NCBI GenBank assembly: GCA_050115675.1
Contig: JASFQB010000004.1
Location: 7,601-71,600, forward strand
Source of the DNA: Candidatus Woesebacteria bacterium
GTDB lineage: Bacteria > Patescibacteriota > Saccharimonadia > Saccharimonadales > EFPC-124
Length of the DNA stretch: 64,000 bases
Reading direction: 5' to 3'
A program made the translations under genes and the position numbers. Below, piece by piece: positions 45,880-54,806 of the stretch. Below the pieces are notes generated by a model. That model saw only the letters and a program-made list of their open reading frames with translations, did not search any database and was not told the DNA's origin. The stretch's first letter is position 1. Each line of letters starts with the position of its first letter.

Positions 45880-47697
45880 ATGATAGATCCAAAGAATATT
45901 CGAAACATTGCCATTATTGCGCACGTTGACCACGGCAAAACCACCCTGGTAGACGGGCTTTTAAAGCAATCTCACACTTTTAGAGACAACCAGGCAGAAA
46001 TGAGCCAGGACTTAATAATGGATAGTGGCGATCAAGAGCGCGAGCGCGGCATCACTATTACCGCCAAGCAAACAACTATTGAATATCAAGGATGCAAAAT
46101 CAATATTGTAGATACACCTGGACACGCCGACTTCTCCGGTGAAGTTGAACGGACTCTTAACATGGCAGATGGGGTACTACTTATTGTAGATGCCCAAGAA
46201 GGCCCAATGCCACAAACAAAATTTGTTTTAGGCAAGGCTTTGGGATTGGGGCTAAAACCAATTGTAATTATCAACAAAATTGACAAGCCCAGCCGCAGAG
46301 TCGCAGAAGTAGAGGATGAAATTGCTGATCTATTCTTAGAACTTGCCATCAGCGATGATCAATTACATTACCCAATTTATTACGCAATTGGCCGCGAAGG
46401 CAAAGCATGGGCCAGCTGCCCAGCAGATCCATCTAAAGATGCAGACTTGGCGCCAATTTTCGATGCCATTATAAACGAAATTCCTGCGCCTAGCATACAG
46501 GTAGACGCACCTTTGCAGCTGCTTGTTACAGCCTTAAACTACGATAGTTTTTTGGGCAAATACTCTATTGGACGTATCCAACGTGGCATTGTCAGCCAAG
46601 GCCAAGCCATTACCCTAGTCAAGACCGATGGCACCATCGTAAAGGGCAAAATCGACAAAATTTTTGTAAACAAAGGCCTGGGCAAAGTTGACGTACAGCA
46701 AGCCTCTGCTGGCGACATTGTATCTGTCACTGGCATTGGCGAAGCGCACATTGGCGAAACAATTACCGATGTTGAGCATCCAGAGGCACTGCCCGTTATC
46801 GACATTGAAGCCCCAACGCTTAAAATTTACCTTGGCCCAAACACCTCGCCCCTAAAGGGTAGGGAAGGACAGTTTACAACAAGCCGCCAAATTGGAGACC
46901 GACTTCAAAAAGAACTAGAAACCAACGTCGCTCTTAAAGTAGAAGATCAAGGAATTGGCTTTTTGATAAGTGGCCGAGGCGAACTACACCTTAGTGTGCT
47001 TATCGAGACTTTACGCCGCGAAGGCTACGAATTTGAGGTAGGCCGACCTCAAGTTGTTACTCAGATTATTGATGGCAAAGAGCAAGAACCCCTTGAAGAG
47101 TTAATCATCGAAGTGCCAGACGAATTTGTTGGCGCAGTGAACCAAGAGCTTGGTCTGAGACGCGGAGAACTTAAAGAGCATTCCCAAACTGCAAAAGGCG
47201 GCACAAGGCTAACGTACATTATTTCTACACGAGGCATGCTTGGGTTACGCAACCTGATGCTTACCGCCACAAAAGGCACGATTATCATGAACAGCTTACC
47301 ACACGGCCACCAGCCAGTTGGTACGCCATTGCAGAAAACCCGAAATGGCGCCCTTATCGCTACCGAAGCTGGTGTTGCTACGCCATATGCGCTAGAAGCC
47401 TGCGAAGCACGCGGCGAACTATTTATTGGCCCAGCAACCCAAGTTTACCAAGGTATGATTGTTGGCCAGTACAATCGAAGTGACGATCTTGAAGTTAACG
47501 TATGTCGAGCAAAACAGCTCACCAACATGCGCAGCAAATCATCTGACGGCGCCGTGCAACTTACCCCATTTACACAGCTAAGCCTAGAGCAATGTCTAGA
47601 CTTTATTGAGGACGACGAGCTACTAGAGGTGACTCCGGAAAGCCTACGTCTGCGAAAGCGCTTTTTAAGCCCCGTTGACCGCAAGCGCAATAAATAA
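45880..47697 (+). CDS. typA: Translational GTPase TypA/BipA
   Basis: [23 protein letters not shown]-terminus, 605 aa, EF-G-like domains. Confidence 0.92.
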   Translation: MIDPKNIRNIAIIAHVDHGKTTLVDGLLKQSHTFRDNQAEMSQDLIMDSGDQERERGITITAKQTTIEYQGCKINIVDTPGHADFSGEVERTLNMADGVLLIVDAQEGPMPQTKFVLGKALGLGLKPIVIINKIDKPSRRVAEVEDEIADLFLELAISDDQLHYPIYYAIGREGKAWASCPADPSKDADLAPIFDAIINEIPAPSIQVDAPLQLLVTALNYDSFLGKYSIGRIQRGIVSQGQAITLVKTDGTIVKGKIDKIFVNKGLGKVDVQQASAGDIVSVTGIGEAHIGETITDVEHPEALPVIDIEAPTLKIYLGPNTSPLKGREGQFTTSRQIGDRLQKELETNVALKVEDQGIGFLISGRGELHLSVLIETLRREGYEFEVGRPQVVTQIIDGKEQEPLEELIIEVPDEFVGAVNQELGLRRGELKEHSQTAKGGTRLTYIISTRGMLGLRNLMLTATKGTIIMNSLPHGHQPVGTPLQKTRNGALIATEAGVATPYALEACEARGELFIGPATQVYQGMIVGQYNRSDDLEVNVCRAKQLTNMRSKSSDGAVQLTPFTQLSLEQCLDFIEDDELLEVTPESLRLRKRFLSPVDRKRNK

Positions 47698-47804
47698 TCT
47701 GATTATTTTACATGCTGCACTCTGATAGACTTAAACTTAACTTGGTTAGGCCACTACAACAAAAGGCAAACCCGAAAAACCAAACGATACAACGGTAAAG
47801 GTTT

Positions 47805-48407
47805 TTATGATTCGTTAAATACTTTTTTGTATACTTTGTCAGAAACTTGAAAAATCTGAGCATCAGATTTGCCATCGCCGTAAGAATGAAGTTCGTAGCT
47901 CTCGCGCTTTGGATTTTCTGCCAAAAAACGCTTCACTTTTTCTGGCCCAAAGCAGTTTGCTCCATCCAGCCTGCCCGTTAGGTAGCCATTCTTTTTTTGA
48001 AGTTTTGTTGCCAACACATCGTTTACTCCATACTTTTTTGCCCATGGCTCAATCCAATCTTCGATTGATGCACTGCAAATTACCACCCTAGAACCATTTT
48101 TTTGATATCTTTTTATGCATTTTAGACCTTCGGGATTAGATATTTCGTCTAGTCGTGTTGCATATTTTTTGCAAATTGACTGAAAATTTTCGTCGCGCAC
48201 ACCTTTAAAAAAACGCGTTAAAACATTTTGCTTCGCCTGATGTCTTGGAATAACCTTAAGTATATATAAGATCAGCGTAGGTAAAGATAGTGCCATTAAA
48301 TAATTAAACCTTGCAGCAGAAGTCGAAAATCGCAAAAAGTCTATAAAAGTATCTCTGGTTATGAGAGTCTCGTCAAAATCAAATACTGCGATAATTGGTT
48401 TTTTCAT
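47805..48407 (-). CDS. HAD-superfamily (IB-like) hydrolase
   Basis: IAVFDFDETLI (DxDxT) motif I; C-terminal GDGKSD motif; start placed at ATG 48407. Confidence 0.8.
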   Translation of the reverse strand: MKKPIIAVFDFDETLITRDTFIDFLRFSTSAARFNYLMALSLPTLILYILKVIPRHQAKQNVLTRFFKGVRDENFQSICKKYATRLDEISNPEGLKCIKRYQKNGSRVVICSASIEDWIEPWAKKYGVNDVLATKLQKKNGYLTGRLDGANCFGPEKVKRFLAENPKRESYELHSYGDGKSDAQIFQVSDKVYKKVFNES

Positions 48408-48411
48408 TCTC

Positions 48412-48558
48412 TTACCCAACCAAATATTTGATCGCCACAATAAAATAGACACCCCACCACTCATGGGCATAAAATTTTAAGCTGCCGATCACCATAGCCA
48501 AATTACGATACCAACGTTTTGACCTAAAAACATCTAAGAGTAGCTTTAAAAAGCTCAT
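48412..48558 (-). CDS. 48-aa ORF (MSFLKLLLDVFRSKRWYRNLAMVIGSLKFYAHEWWGVYFIVAIKYLVG): small membrane protein or N-terminal relic of a UbiA-type prenyltransferase
   Basis: Fits between the two neighbouring genes, leaving gaps of 3-4 nt; R.K.W..NL pattern resembles UbiA/DPPR-synthase N-termini. Confidence 0.35.
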   Translation of the reverse strand: MSFLKLLLDVFRSKRWYRNLAMVIGSLKFYAHEWWGVYFIVAIKYLVG

Positions 48559-48562
48559 ATTT

Positions 48563-48919
48563 TTAGCCCTGTGCTTTTTTTGAGCGCTTCCAAGGCCAGC
48601 GCCCCTCAATTTCCATGTCAAATTCTATGCTTAAGAAGGTTCTAATAGCAACAATTACGGCTAGCGTTAATAAACTTGCAGGATTAAAGTCGCCAGCAAC
48701 AGATCTAATAATGTCACCCGCAACTAAGAATTCTAAACCAATCAAAATGCTTCTTGCCATGTTTTGGCGATAAAACAAATAAAGATTATGTATGCTTCTT
48801 TGTTCAAAAGCTTTAACAAGCACAGCCAAGCTAGCAATAATAACCCCGCCCAAAATAATGCACACGCCTGCGGCATCTAAAAATTTGCTTGCATACTGAG
48901 CAAACGTCGAAAAATCCAT
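48563..48919 (-). CDS. DUF1622-like membrane protein
   Basis: SD ggagg; LEFLVAGDIIRSV...IVAIRTFLS pattern recalled from DUF1622. Confidence 0.6.
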   Translation of the reverse strand: MDFSTFAQYASKFLDAAGVCIILGGVIIASLAVLVKAFEQRSIHNLYLFYRQNMARSILIGLEFLVAGDIIRSVAGDFNPASLLTLAVIVAIRTFLSIEFDMEIEGRWPWKRSKKAQG

Positions 48920-48938
48920 TCTACATCCTCCAAGTTGG

Positions 48939-49160
48939 TTATTTCAGTATTTTAGGCAGTTTATTCCATGCTGATTTTATTTTTATAGCCAAGATTATTG
49001 ATGATATACCAATAAACAAAAACGCTACTGACGCCAAAGCTATAAGCAATGCCGGATAAATAACCACTAGAATCGCTAAAATGATAAAAGCAATCCCTTC
49101 AAGCAAAAATGACCAATAGACGTTTGAGATTGTCTCTTTTATAACTGCCAAATGTTGCAT
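48939..49160 (-). CDS. Small membrane protein (73 aa, 2 TM; HdeD/DUF308-like)
   Basis: Start at ATG 49160 behind SD aaggagg; two long hydrophobic helices. Confidence 0.6.
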   Translation of the reverse strand: MQHLAVIKETISNVYWSFLLEGIAFIILAILVVIYPALLIALASVAFLFIGISSIILAIKIKSAWNKLPKILK

Positions 49161-49367
49161 ATCTCCTCCTTTGTTGTTAACAAAATTATAACATCCACCA
49201 GTCAAAGCAAGAAGAAGAACATAGTTAAAACTTTATTTTGTAAATAATTTATGCGCAATGTTGTCTATTTTGAATATTTTTAAACAAAGGCTATTATTAA
49301 ACTATAGTGCTATGCAAAAAGCTAAATTAGAGCTATCTAAAAATTAACTAGCACTAGGGGGGCAAAA

Positions 49368-50000
49368 GTGTTAAAAAAATATATATTAAGTTTGGTAATT
49401 GCTGCCATACTTGCTTTTTCGAATGCGATACCTGTCTTGGCCGTTCAAAATCAGGGCTCAACCAGCGGAAATTCTAGTTCGGGCAATGACAATGCCGGAA
49501 CCGGAACAGGCAATATTGACTCACTTCACGACGGAACAGGCACAGGCGACAGCACGCAGACACAAGCTGGGCAAGACGACTCGACCACGGCTGGACAGGG
49601 CCAAGGCCTAAGTTCAGAGCGAAAGCAAACATGCGAGAATAGGCAAAACTCGATAAACACAACGATGTCGCAATACTCTGCCACCGTGCAAAATCGCTTG
49701 TTACTTTTTAATAAAATTGTCGAGCGAATACAGACTTACTACATTGAGAACAATTTAAATGTTCCAGAATATGAACAGCTCATGGCAATCGTTGCAAGCC
49801 AGCAACAGATCACCACAGAGGCAATGACCCAAGTAAGGCAAGGCAATACTATCGACTGCGGTTCTGGCGATCCCATTGGCACAGCACAACAGTTTAGAAC
49901 ACACGTTCAAACCGCTCAGGGCGACCTTGATCAGTATCGAACAGCAATTCATAACCTACTAACAGCTGTAATTAGCGCAGCAGAATCAAGCGAGCAATAA
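49368..50000 (+). CDS. Secreted protein with signal peptide, G/T/S/D/Q low-complexity region and helical C-terminal domain, hypothetical
   Basis: GTG start behind SD agggggg; N-terminal hydrophobic leader ...IPVLAVQ. Confidence 0.65.
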   Translation: MLKKYILSLVIAAILAFSNAIPVLAVQNQGSTSGNSSSGNDNAGTGTGNIDSLHDGTGTGDSTQTQAGQDDSTTAGQGQGLSSERKQTCENRQNSINTTMSQYSATVQNRLLLFNKIVERIQTYYIENNLNVPEYEQLMAIVASQQQITTEAMTQVRQGNTIDCGSGDPIGTAQQFRTHVQTAQGDLDQYRTAIHNLLTAVISAAESSEQ

Positions 50001-50001
50001 T

Positions 50002-50289
50002 ATGAGCATTCAAAATAAGCAAAAGGGCTTTACGATAATCGAAATATTAATTGTAATTGCCGTAATTGCCCTGATAGTATTTGGCGGATGGTGGGTTTAC
50101 ACCCAAAACAACAAAAGCGACACAGCCACTTCTACTACAACAACTGAGGTAGTGTCTGAAGAGGATATTAACAACGAAGTCATTGTGCCACAAAATGCAG
50201 ACGATCTAAAAAAACTTGATACGCAGCTTAACGACGCGAGTCTTGGCGACACAGAAGTTTCAGATCTAAGTAGCCAACTAGACTTTTGA
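50002..50289 (+). CDS. Minimal type IV pilin-like protein (95 aa)
   Basis: Class III signal/prepilin motif KG|FTIIEILIVIAVIALIV; short acidic C-terminal part without Cys. Confidence 0.75.
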   Translation: MSIQNKQKGFTIIEILIVIAVIALIVFGGWWVYTQNNKSDTATSTTTTEVVSEEDINNEVIVPQNADDLKKLDTQLNDASLGDTEVSDLSSQLDF

Positions 50290-50299
50290 AATAGTCATT

Positions 50300-51601
50300 A
50301 TGTCAGAAATTACAAAGCAACGCTTGCTCATCCTGGCGATATGTCTAACGACTATACCCTTTTTTGCAACAGTCAATCTACCCAGCAATTGGGGGCTAGG
50401 CACCCAGGATATACAGTCTGTTGCTTTGTATTTTTCTGCCGTTTCTGGCTATATTGGCGTAGCATTACTGATTTGGCAATTGCTACTTGGGACTCGCAGT
50501 GTGTCGGGGCTATTTTTTGACGACCTGCCAGATAAGTTAAAGCTTCATCACAAGCTTGGAATGTACGGCTCAATTGCTGTGCTATTGCACCCTGTATTAT
50601 TATTGGTGGTCTATTCAGAATCGCTAGTATACGTACTCTGGCCAACAGACGACAGCTCGTTTGAATTAGCAGTTACATATGGACGAATAGCTTTTTGGGG
50701 CATGGTTCTATTATGGCTATCTGCTGTAATATTTAGAAAATACATATCTTACAGGCTTTGGCGCTATGGTCATATCTTAGCCTCATACTCCGCGTTGGCA
50801 TTTGTAATTTTACACACCCCAGAGATAGGTAGCTCTTTTAAAAACGATTGGATTCAATTTTATTGGTATTCTTTTATGGCAATTGCTGCAATTTGCCTTA
50901 TTTTAAGATTGAGATTCTTGACTGGCCTAGGTAAAGTGAAGTACACAGTCGTAAACAAAAGCGACTTAAACGACAAAGTATACACAATAACACTTAAACC
51001 CGTCAAAAAGCAGCTTGTTATCGCAGCAGGCCAACACGTTTTTATACAGGCAGCACTACTGAGAGAGAGTCATCCGTTTTCTGTACTAGATTACGACCCA
51101 AAAACCGGACAGCTACAAATCACTATCAAAGTTTTTGGACGTTTTACTAGCAAGCTTCGCAATATTAAGGTCGGACAGAAACTGCTACTAGATGGCCCTT
51201 ATGGTAACTTTTTAAGTACACAGAATAACGACAAGCTAACGGTTTACGTTGCGGGAGGAATAGGAATAACGCCATTTTATCAAAATGCCATAAGTAGTAA
51301 TAATAAAAATACCTACCTGTTTTTTGTAAACCAAGACAAACAAACTGTGGTGTTTGGTGATGAATTTAGATCAAAACTAGCAGATAATTACATTGAGCTT
51401 TTTACACAAGAAAATATCAAAGGCAAGAATATCGAACACGGACGCTTTAGTTCGGACATCCTTTTAAGATACATAAATAATCCAAGCAACGCTCAGTTTT
51501 ACATATGTGGACCAAAGGGAATGATGGATTCTGCAACGCAACAAATTAAAAACTGCGGAGTGTCAGAAAAAAACATTCACACAGAAGATTTTAGCTTTTA
51601 A
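50300..51601 (+). CDS. NOX/ferric-reductase-like flavocytochrome (6-TM ferric reductase domain fused to an FAD/NAD(P)H FNR-like domain)
   Basis: Two intramembrane His pairs (HHKLGMYGSIAVLLH, HILASYSALAFVILH); HPFSV FAD motif; GGIGITPF and CGPKGMM NAD(P)H motifs. Confidence 0.8.
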   Translation: MSEITKQRLLILAICLTTIPFFATVNLPSNWGLGTQDIQSVALYFSAVSGYIGVALLIWQLLLGTRSVSGLFFDDLPDKLKLHHKLGMYGSIAVLLHPVLLLVVYSESLVYVLWPTDDSSFELAVTYGRIAFWGMVLLWLSAVIFRKYISYRLWRYGHILASYSALAFVILHTPEIGSSFKNDWIQFYWYSFMAIAAICLILRLRFLTGLGKVKYTVVNKSDLNDKVYTITLKPVKKQLVIAAGQHVFIQAALLRESHPFSVLDYDPKTGQLQITIKVFGRFTSKLRNIKVGQKLLLDGPYGNFLSTQNNDKLTVYVAGGIGITPFYQNAISSNNKNTYLFFVNQDKQTVVFGDEFRSKLADNYIELFTQENIKGKNIEHGRFSSDILLRYINNPSNAQFYICGPKGMMDSATQQIKNCGVSEKNIHTEDFSF

Positions 51602-52464
51602 TTATAGGGGATAAAACCAAAATTTGCAGTTTGCCAGAACGTTAAGTTTTGCCGTACTTCCATAAAATCGACATTAAACTCATTTGCTAATTGCACACGC
51701 TTTTTACGATCTACAAGCAAAAAGGTAGTAGCCAAAGCGTCAGCTATTTTAATGCTATTCGATCTAACATGCACACTTAGCAAATCGGGCTGAACTTGCG
51801 TATGCCTGCGTCCAGGGACTATATGACTGTACGCCTGTCCGTCTGACCCCGCCCAAACACGTTTCGAGTTTGACGATGAAGCTATAGCCTCAAGCGCAAT
51901 TGCCACCTTGCCAATAGCCAGGGTAGCATCATTTGGATGCTCAATTAACACTTCCTGCAAGCTGGCGCCAACCAAAATATCACCGCCACCGTTAATAACA
52001 TAATTATAAAGGCCGTTAACCTTAAAGATTTCTGAAATTTTATGGATTAGCCACCCCTTACCAATGCCGCCAAGGTCAATCTTTACAAAATCGGCCATGA
52101 CAATTTGGCGATCAAGCAGCAAAACATCAGTCGATAAATTATTAGAGATTTTATCTTTAAAATCATGCTCTTTGCCATAACCTAGCCTTTCCAACTCTGA
52201 ACATACCGATATATTAAACGCACCATCAGTCTGACAATACATATCTAAACAATACTGAAAAATCTCTAAAAATTCTTTAGGCGCACCATAAAGCTTCTTG
52301 TTACGGTTAAGCCTACATACCAAAGAGCTATCAATAAATCGCGAGTAGTTCTGCTCAAAACGACTAACCTCAGACAATATCTCTTGTTGAATAGCTAGAT
52401 TCTTTTGATCTGTTTCGATTTGCCAATGAGTACCCAAAGCATCAAAGATAAATACGTTGGCCAT
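51598..52464 (-). CDS. apbE: FAD:protein FMN transferase (ApbE family)
   Basis: DLGGIGKGW, AIASSS...YSHIV blocks typical of ApbE. Confidence 0.8.
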   Translation of the reverse strand: MANVFIFDALGTHWQIETDQKNLAIQQEILSEVSRFEQNYSRFIDSSLVCRLNRNKKLYGAPKEFLEIFQYCLDMYCQTDGAFNISVCSELERLGYGKEHDFKDKISNNLSTDVLLLDRQIVMADFVKIDLGGIGKGWLIHKISEIFKVNGLYNYVINGGGDILVGASLQEVLIEHPNDATLAIGKVAIALEAIASSSNSKRVWAGSDGQAYSHIVPGRRHTQVQPDLLSVHVRSNSIKIADALATTFLLVDRKKRVQLANEFNVDFMEVRQNLTFWQTANFGFIPYN

Positions 52465-52471
52465 TTCTCAT

Positions 52472-52990
52472 CTATAACTTAGCCTGTTGCATTACATCTG
52501 ATAGAGCAGCGTTAAAGGCGTCTGTAGTTAATGACGCTCCACCCACACGACTAAGGTTTATGTCTTCAATTTTACGACCAACAACTTGCCCAGACAAAGC
52601 AGCATCAAAGTTATTAAGATATACAGTAGATTTACTATCGCCAGAATCAAGCTTGTGAGTTGCGCTGACCGAAGTTAGGACATCGCCACTTAATATAACT
52701 TCTACTTCAAGTCCATTAGAACTTTTTGGAACATCATATGCAACATTAGCTATGTATGTGCCGTCTTTGCAAATATTCATACTCATCGGCATCTCAATGA
52801 CGTCTTGCACAGAGGCATCAGCGCCACCGCTAGACAGCTCACCATCGTCCATAACTTGCTCGGCTGGAGCCTTAGACTGACTGCCGGGCTTAAGCAAAAA
52901 AGCATACACGCCAGATGCAACAATCGCCAGCGTGATCAACATTCCAACAATTTTAGGGGTTGCCTTGTTGCAAGATTTAACTTTACCCAT
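52472..52990 (-). CDS. Membrane-anchored FMN-binding-domain protein (probable ApbE substrate)
   Basis: N-terminal TM anchor; C-terminal VGGASLTT resembles the [ST]GA[ST] flavinylation motif. Confidence 0.6.
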   Translation of the reverse strand: MGKVKSCNKATPKIVGMLITLAIVASGVYAFLLKPGSQSKAPAEQVMDDGELSSGGADASVQDVIEMPMSMNICKDGTYIANVAYDVPKSSNGLEVEVILSGDVLTSVSATHKLDSGDSKSTVYLNNFDAALSGQVVGRKIEDINLSRVGGASLTTDAFNAALSDVMQQAKL

Positions 52991-53010
52991 ATCTACATAT
53001 TAGCAGAAAG

Positions 53011-53658
53011 CTACCTACACCTTTGGAATGCAGGCAAATGCTTGTCTTGCGATGCATTCATAAGATTAGTAAAAACAGCCGTTATGTCAGGGTAATCTGC
53101 AACTTTTGAAAGCAGGTCGTCTCTGTACAAAGCAACATTAGCAATTTCGGCATCAACGCCAATTTGACAGTTTTCACTTAAAGTGTCTTTGGCAGCTACG
53201 TTTCCTTCATAAGGATTGGTCGGAATTTGCTCGCCGTATTTATCCAAGATTGCTTTTAGTGATGCAATATGACTTTCTTCGGCACGAATAATCATAGCGA
53301 ATGGTCGCACCTGACCCAATTTCGAGATTACTGCGTCATAAGTGCTGTACGCCTTGTACTCGTCATCTATAGCAGATCTAACTGCCGCAGAAACATCAAC
53401 TGGCAATTGACCAACAGGATATTCCAGACCACTTACAGCTAGGCAATCGTCACCCACGCAGTTTTTATTAGTAGTTTCGGTTTGCGTAGACTCTTCAGAT
53501 ACAACCTCCGTCTCTAAATCGCTGTTATTACTGTTGTCTATGCCAATTTTACTCGCCACCAATACAATAACTATTGCCACAACAACCATCACAGTTACTG
53601 CAACTGCAACGATAATCAGCCACGTATTCAAATGTCTTTTATCTGCCTCCATGCGCAC
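53011..53658 (-). CDS. Membrane-anchored ferritin-like (DUF2202-type) protein
   Basis: TM anchor; DDEYKAYSTYDAV...IIRAEESHIASLKAILDKYG pairs of E/H-containing helices. Confidence 0.6.
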   Translation of the reverse strand: MRMEADKRHLNTWLIIVAVAVTVMVVVAIVIVLVASKIGIDNSNNSDLETEVVSEESTQTETTNKNCVGDDCLAVSGLEYPVGQLPVDVSAAVRSAIDDEYKAYSTYDAVISKLGQVRPFAMIIRAEESHIASLKAILDKYGEQIPTNPYEGNVAAKDTLSENCQIGVDAEIANVALYRDDLLSKVADYPDITAVFTNLMNASQDKHLPAFQRCR

Positions 53659-53688
53659 CCCCTAACTTTTATAATGTTGATATTAACA

Positions 53689-53940
53689 TTATAAAACTTT
53701 TTGCAAAGTATGAACATCAAAACCAAGAACCTTAATTATCTCAGCCTTGTCATTTTTGCTATCCTCAATAGTAGTGAATGGAACTCCCATCTGACCGCTA
53801 ATTTGCACCATTTTTTGTGCCGCTATTGGATTTACATCAACGCGATACTCGGTAAACTCAATGTTTTTATCTTTCAGCCAACGAGTTAGCATATGGCAAT
53901 ACGGGCACATTTCTGTTGTGTAAACAGTTATTTTTTTCAT
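53689..53940 (-). CDS. Glutaredoxin/NrdH-like redoxin
   Basis: KITVYTTEMCPYCHML (CPYC) ; SD aaggag; start ATG 53940 overlaps the fur stop (ATGA). Confidence 0.88.
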   Translation of the reverse strand: MKKITVYTTEMCPYCHMLTRWLKDKNIEFTEYRVDVNPIAAQKMVQISGQMGVPFTTIEDSKNDKAEIIKVLGFDVHTLQKVL

Positions 53941-54329
53941 AGATTCTTCTCCTTTTGCAAGCAATTACCACATATACCCTGAATATTTAAATGTCCACTA
54001 AACTTGCAATCACCCAAAACGGCTCTAAGATTATCAAGAAGATCATTAGGCAAATTTATATCACGCAAGCAACCACATTTTTTACATTCAAAATGGTCGT
54101 GCTCAAGTAAATTAGCGTCAAATCTCGCCGCATTATCCAACGACGGGGGAGCCGATGCTAGCTCGCCGTTAGCAAGCAGTCCAGAGGTTACCCTATGGAC
54201 AGTTGTTGCGCTTAATACTGGCACATCATTTCTTAAATGAGCTAATATGTCAGCATTTGTTGCGTGACCTACGGACCCAACATACTCAAGCGTGGCAATT
54301 TTATATCTAGTTTGTCTTGTGCTTGTCAT
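53937..54329 (-). CDS. Fur-family transcriptional regulator (Fur/PerR/Zur-like)
   Basis: Winged-helix N-terminus; HDHFECKKCG and CGNC CxxC pairs. Confidence 0.85.
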   Translation of the reverse strand: MTSTRQTRYKIATLEYVGSVGHATNADILAHLRNDVPVLSATTVHRVTSGLLANGELASAPPSLDNAARFDANLLEHDHFECKKCGCLRDINLPNDLLDNLRAVLGDCKFSGHLNIQGICGNCLQKEKNL

Positions 54330-54368
54330 GACAGCCTTATTGTAAACAATTTACAATAAGGCTGTCAA
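54330..54368 (-). promoter_or_regulatory. Promoter embedded in a perfect 17-3-17 palindrome (probable Fur-family operator)
   Basis: gacagccttattgtaaa-caa-tttacaataaggctgtc abuts the ATG. On the minus strand this reads TTGACA-18 nt-TACAAT, with the SD taagg inside the repeat. Confidence 0.6.
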
Positions 54369-54376
54369 TAGCCATA

Positions 54377-54407
54377 TTTAAAATGCCCCACATATACTGC
54401 GGGGCAC
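54377..54407 (-). terminator. Terminator after the 114-aa gene
   Basis: tgcccc/ggggca hairpin followed by TTTTAAA on the minus strand. Confidence 0.6.
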
Positions 54408-54419
54408 ATTTAGAGCAGA

Positions 54420-54764
54420 CTAACAACAAGTAAGACTAAATGAAGTGTGAGCAGCTGGCGTAGAGTTGCCAAGCAAAATCTGCACACGCCTAACCATGTC
54501 TACATCACTACCACTAACTACATAATAGTCGCCAGCAGAGCTATCCATGCGTTCAAGTGTCCACCCACCCACTTTAACAACATCGCCATGATCGCTATAT
54601 AGCACATAACAAAGCGCAGACAAAAACCGTTGCACTTGGCCGCCCTGCCTTAGCTCTCTTGGCGTATCATTAGGATAGGCGTGCTGAACGCGCATAAGCA
54701 TGGCAAGTGTTTCGCGAGCTACTTTAAGCGGACAGTTTGCCCTATGCTGCTTAATCATAACCAC
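54420..54764 (-). CDS. Hypothetical protein (114 aa)
   Basis: ORF only; ends in ...LTCC; no motif recognised. Confidence 0.5.
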   Translation of the reverse strand: MVMIKQHRANCPLKVARETLAMLMRVQHAYPNDTPRELRQGGQVQRFLSALCYVLYSDHGDVVKVGGWTLERMDSSAGDYYVVSGSDVDMVRRVQILLGNSTPAAHTSFSLTCC

Positions 54765-54806
54765 TCCTAAAAGATAGAGACAGCTTGAAACTACTAATTA
54801 ATAATA

